Positions 43,547-56,482 of a stretch of DNA of 64,000 nt are shown here, in pieces; position 1 is the first letter of the stretch, and every line of letters begins with the position of its first letter. The notes beneath the pieces were generated by a model. The model was given only the letters and a program-made list of their open reading frames with translations, had not been told where the DNA came from and searched no databases. The position numbers were made by a program, and so were the translations under genes. This DNA is from Chrysomallon squamiferum (taxonomy: Eukaryota > Animalia > Mollusca), in contig CM022668.1 in the NCBI GenBank assembly GCA_012295275.1, forward strand, positions 14,694,001-14,758,000. The letters run 5' to 3'.

Positions 43547-44294
43547 CTGAAAGAATATCAAATACACTCATTGTGAAAACTTGAAGACATTATTTTTATC
43601 TTCTTCTTGTTGTTCTTATTCTTTGATTAATATTTTAATAACATAAATGATTACGATTATCATCATTATTTCTTGTGTACTTAATTAAATATCTGTCAGC
43701 CTGTCTATCGGTATAAGTATTATTTTCGCTTTCTCGTTTTTCCTGTTATTGATGCTGACAAAATTAAATAATCATCATTATGATCATTATGATCATTTGC
43801 ATTAATTTAACCACTACTATCACAATATCAGAACTATTATCACAGTAATCTCTCTCTACTTTTACTCCCTCTCAAACCACTGTTACTAGTATAACCATTG
43901 CATCACATCCACTGCTATCACTCTCTCTACAACTGTTTTTACTACTCTCTCTACAAAAACTATTATTAAAACTCTCTCTATAACCACTATTATTACTATC
44001 TCTATAACTAATATCACCACTGTCTCTACAAGCATTATAACTGCTCTCTCTTCCACTTCTATTTCTATTATCTCTACCACTACTACTCCCACTCCTACTA
44101 ATGTTACTATAACCACAGGTTTAATTAATACAACTGCTGATATTTCTAGTACTCGGACTGCGACATCAGTAACAGCGTGTAGTAAACTGTTACCAAATGT
44201 ATACTAGATAACGACGTTACAGTATTAATGAATTTGCGTATTACTGAAATATACTTCTTGAATGACCAGTATTTGCAAACTTTGATACACATAC

Positions 44295-44412
44295 CAGACA
44301 TCGACGAATCTTGAACAAATCTTGGCTGCACTTGTTCTAATGGTCCGACTTCTTTTAATGGCTGGGTTTCTTCATTTGCTGGCTTCGTATGTACTGGAGC
44401 GGTAGACTGAAA
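44295..44412 (-). CDS. GIMAP linker exon b2 (phase 0 to 1): (FQ)STAPVHTKPANEETQPLKEVGPLEQVQPRFVQDSSMS
   Basis: Tandem in-frame acceptors cctttctttttaaaAG|tttcAG (exon start 44412 or 44406), open frame, donor TCTG|GTATGT. Its phase-1 end matches the 43546 acceptor. A homologous exon sits in the + strand pseudogene at about 32262-32343. Confidence 0.8.
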
Positions 44413-44769
44413 CTTTTAAAAAGAAAGGAAAAATGAACATATAAAACGAAATCAAAATTTTATTGCAAAATTACTGTATATCTCTTTTTGATTGAATTTG
44501 TGTACATATGTCAGTACGCATACCTGCACATATTATGTAATATAAGTTTATTAATATAAGATTTTATTTATTTTGTTATTTGAAAGCGGTTTTACTGTCA
44601 TTTGTTGCTTATTTATTTATCTATCTATCCATCTATCTATCTATCTATCTATCTATCTATTTACTTATTTACCCCACTTATTCTTAGCAGTTTGTTCAGA
44701 CATAAATTAATGAATTTTTAAAATCTGTTATCAGGTAAATAAGTAAAGTAATGGTTTAATGATAATCAC

Positions 44770-44819
44770 CTTTTGTTCTAAACGCTTCCCTAATTCAGAA
44801 ACTGAAATATTTTCATCAT
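44770..44819 (-). CDS. GIMAP linker exon a2 (50 nt, phase 1 to 0): (D)DENISVSELGKRLEQK
   Basis: ttctAG| acceptor and AAAG|GTGATT donor; duplicate of exon a1. Confidence 0.55.
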
Positions 44820-44898
44820 CTAGAATATAATTCGAAAAGTGTAAGTTTTTGTCTTTGTATATAATTATATCTGTCTATCTATGTACGAATGTATGTAC

Positions 44899-44976
44899 CT
44901 TTTTTGGTGGCTGGTCTCTTTGAAATGGCTGCACTTGTTTTGGTGGCTTCGTATGTACTGGAGCGGTAGACTGAGA
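44899..44976 (-). CDS. GIMAP linker exon b1 (phase 0 to 0): (SQ)STAPVHTKPPKQVQPFQRDQPPKK
   Basis: Duplicate of the b2 5' end (offset 564 nt) with the same tandem acceptors; open frame; weaker donor AAG|GTACAT near the duplication breakpoint. Confidence 0.5.
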
Positions 44977-45347
44977 CTTTTTAAAAGAAAGGTAAAACGA
45001 ACATATAAAATGAAAATGAGAATTTTATTGCAAAATTACTGTATATCTATTTTTGATTGAATTTGTGTACATATGTGTGTACGCATAGCTGCACATATTA
45101 GGTAATATAACTTTATAAATATAAGATTTTATTTATTTTCTTATTCGAAAGCGGTGGTGTCTTGAAATAATTATTCATTCATTTGTTGCTTATCTATCTA
45201 TCCATCTATCTATGTATCTATCTATCTGTCTATTTGCTTATTTATCCCACTTATTCTTAGCATTTTGTTCAGACACGAATTATTATTATTATTTTTTTAA
45301 CTCTGTTATTAGGTAAATAAGTAAAGTAGTGATTTATTGATGCTCAC

Positions 45348-45397
45348 CTTTTGTTCTAAACACTTCGCTAATTCAGAAACTGGAATATTTTCATGAT
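45348..45397 (-). CDS. GIMAP linker exon a1 (50 nt, phase 1 to 0): (D)HENIPVSELAKCLEQK
   Basis: ttttgttctAG| acceptor and AAAG|GTGAGC donor; homolog with the same splice sites at 31834-31885 (+). Confidence 0.65.
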
Positions 45398-45779
45398 CTA
45401 GAACAAAATTAGGAAAGTGTAAGTTTTTGTCTCTGTATATAATTATATCCTCTATCTATGAACGAATAGATGTATAAATGTGTAAATGTATGAATGAATG
45501 TTTGTGTTTTTCTTGCTATATATCTTCAAACCTATCTTTCTCTCTATACATCAGGAAAAAAACTAAGCAATACCCAATTCACAGACCTGTGATTGTGTGA
45601 ATTAAGAAAACAGCGCATTTTCCTGAATAATGTATTGACGTGGCATCTTGCTGAATAATATGACTTTCCTGGAGGTACTCAATGCACTTACAACAAAAAG
45701 CAGTGCTCGTGAAATGTCATTGTTGAAATCTGGTTGGTAATAATTATATGTCATACTCATTCCTGTCAGTTTGCACTGA

Positions 45780-46170
45780 ATAGTCAGTATCATAATTATC
45801 AAAATTGTCAGTCTACAAAGTGTCAGATTATTGACATAAGAAAAGCAGGAAAGATAATCAGCCATATTGGACTTCAATATGTGCGCAGTATTTCCATCAT
45901 TTCAAGACTGTTGAACAAAGACAGGGCTGTCACTGATGTTAAAGATCGTCCAAGAGCTGGCAGAGCCCGGAAGACGACAATAAGAGAGTACAGAACTTAG
46001 CTGAGTCTTGCTAGATTCCTTTCAGGGAACACAAGAATATCTTTAAAACAGCAGTGGTTACCAGGGACAGCTATTTTCTACAGTACTGTCAGGAATCTGC
46101 TAAAAGCAGAAAGATACAGGGCCAGAAGACACATCACTCTTCAGCTCCCAAAGCAGCACTGATGTAATCA
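45780..46170 (+). mobile_element. Tc1/mariner transposase N-terminal remnant
   Basis: ...SIISRLLNKDRAVTDVKDRPRAGRARKTTIREYR matches the Tc1 paired-HTH/GRPRK linker; stop after; no TIR found. Confidence 0.7.
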
Positions 46171-46235
46171 ACGTGTTCACTTTTCAGATGACAGCACAGT
46201 GCTCGTTGTTGCTTGAGATAAAGGTCTGCAAGTTA

Positions 46236-46995
46236 CAGTGCCGTATTATCCTTACGCTTCGAGCCTTTTTTGGCACTGATCATCCCCGACCGCCCCTCCG
46301 CGCCAATTTCAGACACTCCTTTCGTGCAGTGTATTGCAATAGTATTATACATCAAGTAATTATTTGAGTAATAAAGAAAATAATATCATCTTATCAGAAA
46401 CCTTTAATTAGCATGAAAGAAAGGCACATCAAAATATCGGTAGTGTACTGTAAAGTTAAATACACATATTTCTACAAAGGTATCTAGGTACTTAAACATT
46501 TATCTCGTTAACGTTTCAACAATTTGATCCAAAATATTGTTAAGATTTAATTTCCAGAGGACATATGATTATATATCCATTAATGCCAAATTAATGTGCT
46601 TTTCATCTTTCACAGTGGACCACAGGTAACTGTTTCAGAGCAGAAAAAAAAACCTCTCTCCAGAACAGTTTGTATCGAGAAGTGACAAGCAAATAGGGGA
46701 AAAGATATACATTTTTGGAAACGTTCCTTGCATTTATTTTTAACAGTTTAAGATCGGGGGGGGGGGGGCTGGTAACTCTGACTAAATGTCAAAATTTCGC
46801 ATAAATTGACCCATCACTTTTTTAATATTTTTTTATGTAGATTAACTCACCCTTAGTGTCTCTCGTATCAATTCCTATAAATTAATTACACTGATGCGCT
46901 TGAAAGAAAGGCACATCAAAATATTATTAGTGTACTGTAAAGTTAAATACATGAAGCGTATGCCGTGTACATAGAATTAACATTTAACACTGAGA
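46236..46995 (-). mobile_element. hAT remnant
   Basis: Same block at 46580-46810; TIR-like cagtgccgtatta near 46236. Confidence 0.6.
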
Positions 46996-47145
46996 GAGAA
47001 AAAGGAAAAGGTTGAATATTCAGGATCATAAGTCACTTCTGTTCATGAGGTGACAGCATTTCTCACAAACAGTGTGTTAGTACTAAGAATATGACAATGA
47101 AGGGATGTTTTGTGTGTTTGTGTCTCTGTGTGTGTGTTTGCGCTC

Positions 47146-48165
47146 AGTGGCGTTCCGTGGGCGCAAGATTACAAAAGAAGAAAAAAGAGAAAGACGCAGT
47201 AAAATAGCTCACCCTCCCCCTCGCACAGAACATCTTACTCCAGTAATAACAGATTGCAAATGTGTGCAATAATAAAATATTGTAAAGTTCCCTCGTATCT
47301 CCTATTTACTCTATTTAAAGTATTAATCATAACCATATAAGGAAGTAATATTAGATATTCTGATTCTAAGTAAGAAATAGGGTATTTTTTGTAATTCTCA
47401 TTTCCAGTAAAATGTGGAGCTCTAATTAATACTGTTATATTGTGTCTGCCTGTTGTTGGTACAGACACAATAAAAGACAAATAGTGTTTAACTGATAAAT
47501 TTTGTCACTGAAGATTAGGTACTACTAACTCTGTTATTGACGTAACTTTCAAAGAGCTAATTCTTTTAAGCTGGATTACACTATTAATGGAGTAACAAAA
47601 AATAATATTTTTTGAGACAAATTTTAATTAGCATGAAGTAAAGCGATATCAAACACTGGTACTGTACTGTAAAAGTAAATACAGATATGATTACACAGGT
47701 ATCTAGGTATACAAGAAAACAAACCAAATTGTCGTCAAACTTTAAACAAACTGATCCAGAAAATTGTTAAAACTGAACTTCCGGAGCACAGATGATTCTA
47801 CATGGATTAATGCGAAATTATTGAGTTTCTTATATTTCAGAGTGTATCACATTTAACAGCAGAAAAAGACCTCTCTCCAGAACAGTTTGTGGCGAGAAGT
47901 GACAAGTAAATACGTACAAAAATGTCGATGTTTGGAAAAAGTTTCTTGTGTTTCAGTTTTGACCAACAGAAATACTGAGATGGGGAGGTGACCCTCTGTC
48001 GTTCGGCCCATCCGTGATAGTGCGTCAAAATGTTAGATAAATTTACCCATAATTTATTTTTTATAAAGTTAAACGGATCCTTAGCTTATCTCGTATCAAA
48101 GAAGATTCCTATACACTAATTTCAGTGGAGCGTTTGACGTGAGCAGAGTATTCACAATTAACACT
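47146..48165 (-). mobile_element. hAT transposon remnant (C-terminal dimerisation domain)
   Basis: ORF 47837..48028 contains LFPNIDIFVRIYLSLLATNCSGERSFSAVK (hATC motif); TIR-like CAGTGGCGTTCCGTGGG at 47146. Confidence 0.75.
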
Positions 48166-48173
48166 GAGAGAGA

Positions 48174-48260
<87 letters not shown>
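48166..48260. repeat. (GA)n microsatellite
   Basis: Directly visible. Confidence 0.95.
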
Positions 48261-48262
<2 letters not shown>

Positions 48263-48569
48263 CAAAATCGAGGTTTTGTATTTTCTGTCAGGACAAGGCA
48301 AGTATCTCAGAGGATTCCTATAAATTAATTAAATTACTAGTCTGTTTTAGAAAAAGGGACCATTCGTTTCTCTGTAACTGAATAACTAACGTATTCTTCA
48401 AACAGAGGCTTTTCCTTTCTGTGTAACCAAAATACTGATGGATTTTTGAAGGAAAGGGTGTTTGTTTGTATATATTTAAATTGTAGTATGTTTTAGTTAC
48501 ACGCTGTATAACTGTATGTGGTTGTGTACTCGTATGTCTTATGGGTGTGTGCATGGCCGAAGAAACATA

Positions 48570-51194
48570 CCGTATATACTTGTGTATAAGTCGAATTTTT
48601 GGGAGACTATATTAAGTAATATTTTGGGGGTCGACTTATACATAGGTAATGCTTTTGTAGCTGTTGCTGAAGAGTCGCCATTTTGACTATTTTTTGCTAC
48701 GGGATGCATCTAAAATAATCGCGGTCTTTCAGCTTTTTAAAAATATAATTTTATCGTATAAAAAAATTTGAAAAATTAAGTAACAAAACCAAATATGAAT
48801 GTAAAACATGATATTCTTCCGTTTAATGACATAAAAATACATTTTAAATCGAGAAAACCGTCAGTACGGCGTTATGCCTTACGGCGTCTTGCAATGATCT
48901 AGGAATGCAGACTTCTCTGCTAAATTGCACTAAATATCGGTCCTAATTTCATAAACAAAACTCACTTGTGTAATTGTAAAGAATTTGGTGAAATAATATT
49001 GCAATCGTCATTAATATCCACTACCCACAAATCGAAAACAAACTAAATTTCTATAAACGTTCTGCAACAAAAATCAGTTCAACTTCTCGCCATATTTGTT
49101 ATTCTAGTCGGTTGCCAAGTGCGCGAAGCCTCGGCCAATTAGCGCGCTAGGAATAGGATCGGGGGCGTGTCTTGTAGCAGAGTTTCGATAGAAAAAAATA
49201 TTGCTGAGGTTCCGAAATTATCTTACTTTGAATTGCACGTTCATGTAAAATACCGGTAATAAATAATAAAGCAACTTCTTTTGGAATTTATCTACAAAAT
49301 TTAATTAAATACTGGAAATCCACACGTACCTTTAAATAGACCTTGATCTATATATCCAGGTAATTATGAAACATTGTAACAATACAAATATTTTAATTCC
49401 AAAACATCCAACATTTACCGGGTAATACTATAATCTAGTGTAACAAAAAGTTTATTCAAAGCCTTCAAAGTCATTTTCGCCATCACTATCGCTTGCCCCA
49501 AAAAGTTCATTCCACTCTTCAATACCGCCAGTGTTAATTGCATCATCATAAAGATCATCGTCACTGTCAAGTGGGACATCATTCCCAGAATCCTCTCCTG
49601 TGGGACTATTTTCTTGAACGGAATCAGCAAGGGCATTGGGTTCGCGCCATAAATAGTCATCCTCCGTCCCATCTAGTGTATTTGAAATTCCACACTTCAG
49701 AAAGGCTTTAACAATTATAGCCGGGTCCAACTGCTGCCAGGCGTCACGTACCCACTCACACACTGTAACTAGTGATGGTGCTCTCATATTGCCCCCTTTT
49801 GTGAATTTCTTGTCCCCATTTAGCATCCACTGATTCCAAAAATGCCGAACAGTGTCTTTAAACGGCTTATTTATTGAGACATCCAAAGGTTGTGAAATGC
49901 TTGTCAGGCCCCCAGGGATGACTGCCAGATCTGTAGTTTCTCGTCTTACAGCTTCTTTTACAGAATCTACCAGGTGTGCTTTGAACATGTCCCATACTAA
50001 CAAAGACTTTTCTTTTCGTAATCCACCTGAACGATTGCTCCACACTTGGTTAACCCAGAGCTTGCGTCCGGCCTCATCCAACCACCTTTTGGATGTACGT
50101 GTATTAATACGCCCTTTGAAAAATTTTCTTTTGGCATAGTTTTGCGCTTGAAAACTACCATAGGTTTTAACTTTGTTCCGTCTGCCATACAGCCTGAAAT
50201 AACGGTGAATTTTGACTTTTCATGGCCTGTCGTTTTCACTAGCACGGTTTTTTCTCCGATCTTGTTAACAGTTCTATTCGATGGCATGTCAAACGTCACT
50301 GGCGTTTCATCCATGTTGCCAATACATGCCAAAGCATACTTGTTTTTCTCTCTATGACGGATAACAAATCTGTGAAAACTTGTTATTTTATCATCAAGCT
50401 CTCTGGGTAAGCGCTGGGTGAATTTGGTTTTTTGTCTTAAGACTAAATGATGCCTTTTCATGAACAGCGTGCACAAACCAGGACTGGCTTTAAAATCCGT
50501 AATTCCTGCCTTCTTAGCTAACTTAAGTGCTTGTAAACGGATAGCACTCCTTGTAACTATACAGCCGTCTTGTCTACTTGCTTGAATCGACTCAAAAAGT
50601 GTCTTTTCTATTTCCGGATGTTTTGACTTTTTGCCTCTGTCAGCACACTTCATTTTTGGCATTTCAAGTAATTTAGTACTCATTTTTCTCCAGTTCCTAA
50701 CAAGTTTTTCACTGACTCCATACTCCCGTCCAGCAGCAGAACTGTTAGAATTTTCAGCAAATCTAATTACTGCAAGCTTAAATTGTGCAGTTTATTTATT
50801 TCGTTTGCCTGGCATCATATACAATATTTTAGGGCTATGGCCATAACATTTTGTAAATCATAGAACGGCTAAATATAACTGTAAGTTAGGTCTCCATGTT
50901 AGACCTATTACATTAAAGAGATACTATTTATGACACATTTAGGCTATAGCTCGTGTAATACATGCATTTACGTTATTATGGTATGTTCGTGCAAGTTACA
51001 GCTCGTTCAAGTTATGTTACAGTAGGCGTACAATGTAGGCCTTCATGGCACTGTCATACTGGTCTAAAAATACTGACGGTGCCTGGAATCTACAGTCGAC
51101 TTATACACAAGTAATACCTAAAATGACGCAAGTTTTGGTCTTAAAATACACATCGACTTATACATAAGGTCGCCTTGTACACAAGTATATACGG
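48570..51194 (-). mobile_element. Full-length pogo-superfamily DNA transposon (DD35D, Passer/POGK-like), 2625 bp
   Basis: TIRs CCGTATATACTTGTGTATAAGTCGA (from 48570) and reverse complement CCGTATATACTTGTGTACAAGGCGA (to 51194); TA at 48568-69 and 51195-96; subterminal TCGACTTATAC repeats near 48631, 51097 and 51153. Confidence 0.95.
49452..50818 (-). pseudogene. pogo transposase (Brinker-type DBD, CENP-B/Tc5 HTH, DDE_1), inactivated
   Basis: MMPGKRNK*TAQFKLAVIRFAENSNSSAAGREYGVSEKLVRNWRK continues into ORF 49997..50683 (NMDETP) and, after a 1-nt frameshift near 50085, ORF 49452..50081 (VWD-35 aa-D of PLD; acidic tail). One stop at codon 9 and one frameshift. Confidence 0.92.
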
Positions 51195-51195
51195 T

Positions 51196-51480
51196 AATAA
51201 AAAATAAAAATAAAAATAAATATAAAATAAATAAATAAATAATAAATAAATAAATAAATAAATAAATAAAATAAATAAAATAAATAAAATAAAAATGAAA
51301 TAAAATAAAATAAAATATAACAAAATAAAATAAAATAATAAAATATAATAAAATAAATAAAGATAAAAGTAAAAATGAATATAAAAAAAATAAAGAAATA
51401 AAATAAAATTGAAATAAAATAAAACGAAATAAAATAAAATAAAATAATATAACTAAAGCAATAGAGAGTGTAAATAAAAT
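51196..51480. repeat. A-rich (TAAA/TAAAA)n tract
   Basis: Directly visible, abutting the pogo right TIR. Confidence 0.85.
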
Positions 51481-51494
51481 ACAATTTTTTTGAT

Positions 51495-51890
51495 TCTACA
51501 TGGTGATTCTACATGGACTAATATCAAATTATTCAGCTTCTCATCTTTCAGAGTGGATCACAGTTAATTATTGATACGTTTAAGAGCAGAAAATGGCCTC
51601 TCTCCACAACTGTTTGTATCAAGAAGTGACACGTAAATACGTAAACAAATGTAAATGTTTGGAAAAGTTTCTTGCGTTTCATTCTTGACAGCTTTAACCA
51701 GCAGAAGAATTAAGAATGGTAGGTGACTCTCAAAGTTTCGATTCATTCGTGATAAAACATCAAAGTTTCATATAAACTGACTCATAATTTATTTTTAATC
51801 CATAGCGTCTGTCGTATCAAGGAGGATTCCGATAAATTAATTTCAGTGAAGCGCATCAAGCATTTGACGTCTACATAGTATTAACATTCA
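51495..51890 (-). mobile_element. hAT remnant
   Basis: ORF 51564..51746: ETFPNIYICLRIYVSLLDTNSCGERPFSALKRINN. Confidence 0.75.
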
Positions 51891-52362
51891 ACATTTTAAG
51901 CAAAATAGACAAGAAAATGAAAGAATGAATAAACAAATAAATATGTAATTAGTTTGTTAATTTCTATTTGCTGTTTTATGATAGCACGGACAAAATATTT
52001 TATTTTATATCAACTTCAGATGCAGGAGATACACATCCACATATAGATTGATACAAACTACATACAGTACAATTTGGATTAAATATATGCAAACAAACGC
52101 CCTTTTTTCAAAAATCAATCATTATTTTAATTAAATAGAAACGAACTTTCTCAGCTTCAAAAATACATCAATTATTCAACTACTATTTCTACTCTCTCTA
52201 CAACTATTATTGCTGCTCTCTATACAATTGTAATTACTACTGTCTCTACAAGTACTATTACTACTATCTCTCTCTAAAAATATTATTACTAGTCTATGCA
52301 ACTACTATCACTACTTTCTACAGTTTCTATTAGTACTGTCTGTAACTACTATTACTACTCAC

Positions 52363-53043
52363 CTTTATTCTCCATTTCTTTCTTTTCTTTTTCTTTCTTT
52401 TTCAATAATTTTTTTTCACGTTTCCGTTCTTCTTTTTCTGCTGCTTCTATTTGATAATATTCACCGCCATGTTCTCGCACATTGGATTTGATCATGTCGA
52501 TCAGCTGCTCAACCATTTCTTTTTTCGTTTCCTCGTCTCTTTCGCGATTGTTAAATCCGACATACCTTCCTCCACATCTGTTGATTAATTCTTTTAGGTT
52601 TTCTGGTGCCTCATCTACAAATTCTTCAAGATCTATATCGTCCTCTTCAAGATCGTCAATTCTGGTGAACAGGAGACACATGTAATCAAACATTCTTTCT
52701 CCAAATACTTGCTCGTAGTATTGGATTGTTTTTTCATCTTCTGATATGAAACTCTTTGTCTGCAGAATCATGATGAAAGCATGTGGCCCTGGAGCACTCA
52801 TCGTGATACTCTGCATGATTTCGTTCGTAATCTCTTCTTGTGAACGACCGGTGTCGAATGCTCTTGGTGTGTCAACGATGAGAATGTCCTGACCAAATCG
52901 AGTTGTTCGTTCTGCCTTGCAGGTTCTAGCACCAGCTTTAGTCTGAAAACGTTTCTCTCCAAGGATGGTGTTAGCGGACGCACTTTTTCCTGAAGCAGCC
53001 TTCCCAATCATGACAATGCGCAGTTCACTTTCACTGTCAAAAC
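52363..53043 (-). CDS. GIMAP: AIG1/GIMAP domain exon D1 (681 nt, phase 1-1), catalytically degenerate
   Basis: ORF 52355..53011: GKAASGKS, ANTILG, DTPR, SAPGPHAF, FTRIDD, GFNN. Acceptor ttgtttcAG (53045-53044) and consensus donor AAAG|GTGAGT (52362-52361); the ORF stop lies inside the intron. Confidence 0.88.
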
Positions 53044-54131
53044 CTGAAACAAATTAAATACACTCTGTGTAGAAACGAAGTCATCATTTTGATATTTTCA
53101 CTGTTGTTAATATTATTACTATCATCATCATTGTGATATGTCTACCTAAGTATCCGCCTGTCTCTCTGTGTATATTTTAAAAATATATCCAGTTTGAAAT
53201 GATTGTATGGGTCAACGTTTTTTATATAATGAAGATGAGATCCCAGAGTAATTATTGTTTAAAACTAAAGAAATATATTAGTAAATTGTTAAATCTGTCA
53301 TTTGAGATTTCATTATGCAATAAGTTTCTAAACTATAAAAGAAGAAAAGAAACTTCACTAAAAAAGAATGGGAGGTGACTCTCACAGTTTCGGCTCATTC
53401 GTGATAAAACATCAAAGTTTCATATAAATTGACTCATAATTTATTTTTTATATAGTTTATTACATCCATAGAGTCTTTCGTATCAAGGAGGATTCCAATA
53501 AATTAATATCAGTGAAGCGCATCAAGCATTTAACGTCGTTTACATAGTATTAACATTGAACATTTAAAACAAAATAAACAAATAAATATGTAAGTGAAAA
53601 ACTACATGGCTCCCTGCCCTTAGTCGACCCTAGGCTTTAACCAAGTCAGCTTTAGGGATAATGTCGCTCTTAACATAGCTTTCACCGGAAAAAAAAATAT
53701 ATCTATTTCTCCGAAAATAGCAATTTACTATTGATTTAGTTTCCTGTGGGTTAACTGGTTTATTAACTATCACGTTTTACATCTCGACGTGACGGACTAG
53801 TTTTGTACGTAATCTAATTAGTCTGTTAATTTCTGTTTGCTGTTTTATGATAGAGAGAACGAATTGCTTTATGATATATCAAGTTAACATGCAGGAGATA
53901 CAAACACATACAGTATACATCAAATACAACATAGATTAAATATACGCAAATAAACGCCCTTTTTTCGAAAATCAATCAGTATTCTAATTAAATAGAAACG
54001 AACTTTCCCAGCTTGAAAAATACATCAATAATTCAACTCTCTACAACTACTATTGCTACTTTCTCTACAACTACTATTACTGCTTTCTACAATTCCTATT
54101 ATTACTGTCTGTAACTACTATAACTACTCAC

Positions 54132-54821
54132 CTTTTTTCTCCTTTTTTCCCAGTACTTTTTTCTTTTCTTTTCCTTGTTTCTTTATTCCTACTTTCCATT
54201 TCCGTTCTTCTTTTTCTGCTGCTTCTGTTTGATAATATTCACCGCCATGTTTTCGCACACTGGATTTGATCATGTCGATCAGCTGGTGAGCCATTTCTTC
54301 TTTCTTTTCCTCGTCTTTTTCGCGATTGTTAAATCCAACATATCTTCCTCCACATCTGTTGATTAATTCTTTTAGGCTTTCTGGTGCCTCATTTAGAAAT
54401 TCTTCAAGATCTGATTCGTCCTCTTCAAGATCGTCAATTCTGGTGAACAGGAGACACATGTAATCAAACAGTTTTTCTCCAAATACTTGCTCGTAGTATT
54501 GGATTGTTTTTTCATCTTCTGGTGTGAAACCCTTTGCCTGCAGAACCATGATGAAAGCATGTGGTCCTGGAGCACTCATCCTGATACTCTGCATGATTTC
54601 GTCCGTACTCTCTCCTTGTGAACGACCGGTGTCGAATGCTCTTGGTGTATCAACGATCAGAATGTCCTGACCAAATCGAGTTGTTCGTTCTGCCTTGCAG
54701 GTTCTAGCACCAGGTTTAGTCTGAAAACGTTTCTCTCCTAGGATGGTATTAGCGGACGCACTTTTTCCTGAAGCAGCCATCCCAATCATGACAATGCGCA
54801 GTTGACTTTCACTGTCAGAAT
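54132..54821 (-). CDS. GIMAP: AIG1/GIMAP domain exon D2 (690 nt, phase 1-1), catalytically degenerate
   Basis: ORF 54124..54789: GMAASGKS, DTPR, SAPGPHAF, FTRIDD, GFNN; acceptor AG 54823-54822; donor AAAG|GTGAGT. Confidence 0.88.
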
Positions 54822-56348
54822 CTGAAACAAATTAAAAACACTCTGTGTAGAAACGAAGTCATTATTTTGATATTTTCACTGTTGTTAATATTATTACTAT
54901 TATCATCATTCTGCTCTGTCTACCAAAGTATCCGCCTGTCTCTCTGTGTATATTTTAAAATATATCCTGTTTGTAATGATTGTCGACAGAAAGCAATTTG
55001 TATGGGTCAACGTTTTTTATATAATGAAGATGAGATCCCAGAGTAATTATTGTTTAAAACTAAAGAAATATAATAGTAAATTATTAAATCTGTCATTTGA
55101 GATTTCATTATCCAATAAGTTTCTAAACTATAAAAGAAGAAAAGAAACTTCACTAAAAACCTTTAAATTTGATTAACATTGCGAAATTTGATTATTTTAA
55201 AATATCTTTTATTGATTTCTTTCTCTATTTATTTATTTATTAAAATTTAATAATATTTATAACGTCTTACATGAAGCAACCTTAATAAGATTTTTCAGTG
55301 CATTATTAGTTTGTTTTAGCCGTTTGCAGCAGACAGAAACACATACGAACACTCACGCGCACACTCAGATTCATAGAAACCATTGAGAGTATAAATAAAA
55401 CACAACACAGTTTAAATATATAGGAACAAATTTCCTTTCTTTCACAAATTAGCATTTTAGTTATATACAAATGAACTTTCTCAGTTTGAAAAATACGTAA
55501 GTAATTCAGTTATAAACTGAAACGGGTGTAATTCTGAGTATATATTGTATATTTTGAAAGAGAAAATAGTTACATGCTGTTCCATGATTTCTGTTTGAGA
55601 AACTAAATATTTAATACTGATGTATTAAACATATAAATACAAAAATAAAAATAAAACAAGTATAAAAAATATAATAGTGAAAATAAATAAATAAATAAAG
55701 AAAGAAAGAACAAAAATAATTAAAAAGTAATAATAAAAATAAATATATACAATAAAAAAATAATAAAATAGAATGGAAAGAAAAAAAAAAAAAAAAAAAA
55801 CAACAACAAAAATAACTAAAACTGTCGGCATGCCAAGCTAGTGAAAAATATAAGAACAAACTCGTGTTTATGTTTGACTGTTACATGAGACCTGACTGAT
55901 GATACAGCGTGTGTAAGTGAAGTAAATATTTTGTTTAACTCTTTATAAATTCAGTGACATTAGATTACCTGCCCTCTTGCAAATATCTCTTTCTCTAATA
56001 TACTATTCTGTAAATACAGCTTACTAAATTTCTTTTGTTTATTAATTAATTCACTGATTTATTTATTTGTTTCAATTTAATTAAATTTAAAACGTCTTAC
56101 CCGAACCCATGTTTTATCTTTTCCCCAAGTTAAACTCTTTTTTTTTTTTTTCTAAAATAGATGAGTAATTCAGTTACAGATTGAAACGAATGCTATTCTG
56201 AATATATATTTTGAAAGACAAAATAGTTACATGCTGTTGCATGATTTTTATTTGAGAGACCTATTATTTAATACTGGTAAAACATATAAATGCAAAGAAA
56301 AAGAAAAACAAAAAGGAAAAATAAAAACCAAACAATTAAATTATAATA

Positions 56349-56391
<43 letters not shown>

Positions 56392-56482
56392 CTTTTTTCG
56401 ATTTCAGATATTTTTGTTTATGTAATAATACTACTTTCTACACTTCCTATTATTACTATCTGTAACTACTATAACTACTCAC

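Noticed and set aside
43547-43571. ATG at 43571 as the GIMAP start codon
   Set aside because: It lies upstream of a conserved acceptor, is not conserved in frame in the 26.2 kb paralog, and phase-compatible upstream exons exist.
45574-45660. Further GIMAP exon or first exon (homolog at about 31600-31685)
   Set aside because: The sequence is conserved between paralogs and the + copy reads MPSAMSINYSGKCAVFLIHTIT to a phase-1 CAG|GTCTGT, but the donor is weak and the ATG is out of frame in the intact gene. Not supportable without transcripts; if real it would favour a separate start for the terminal-domain gene.
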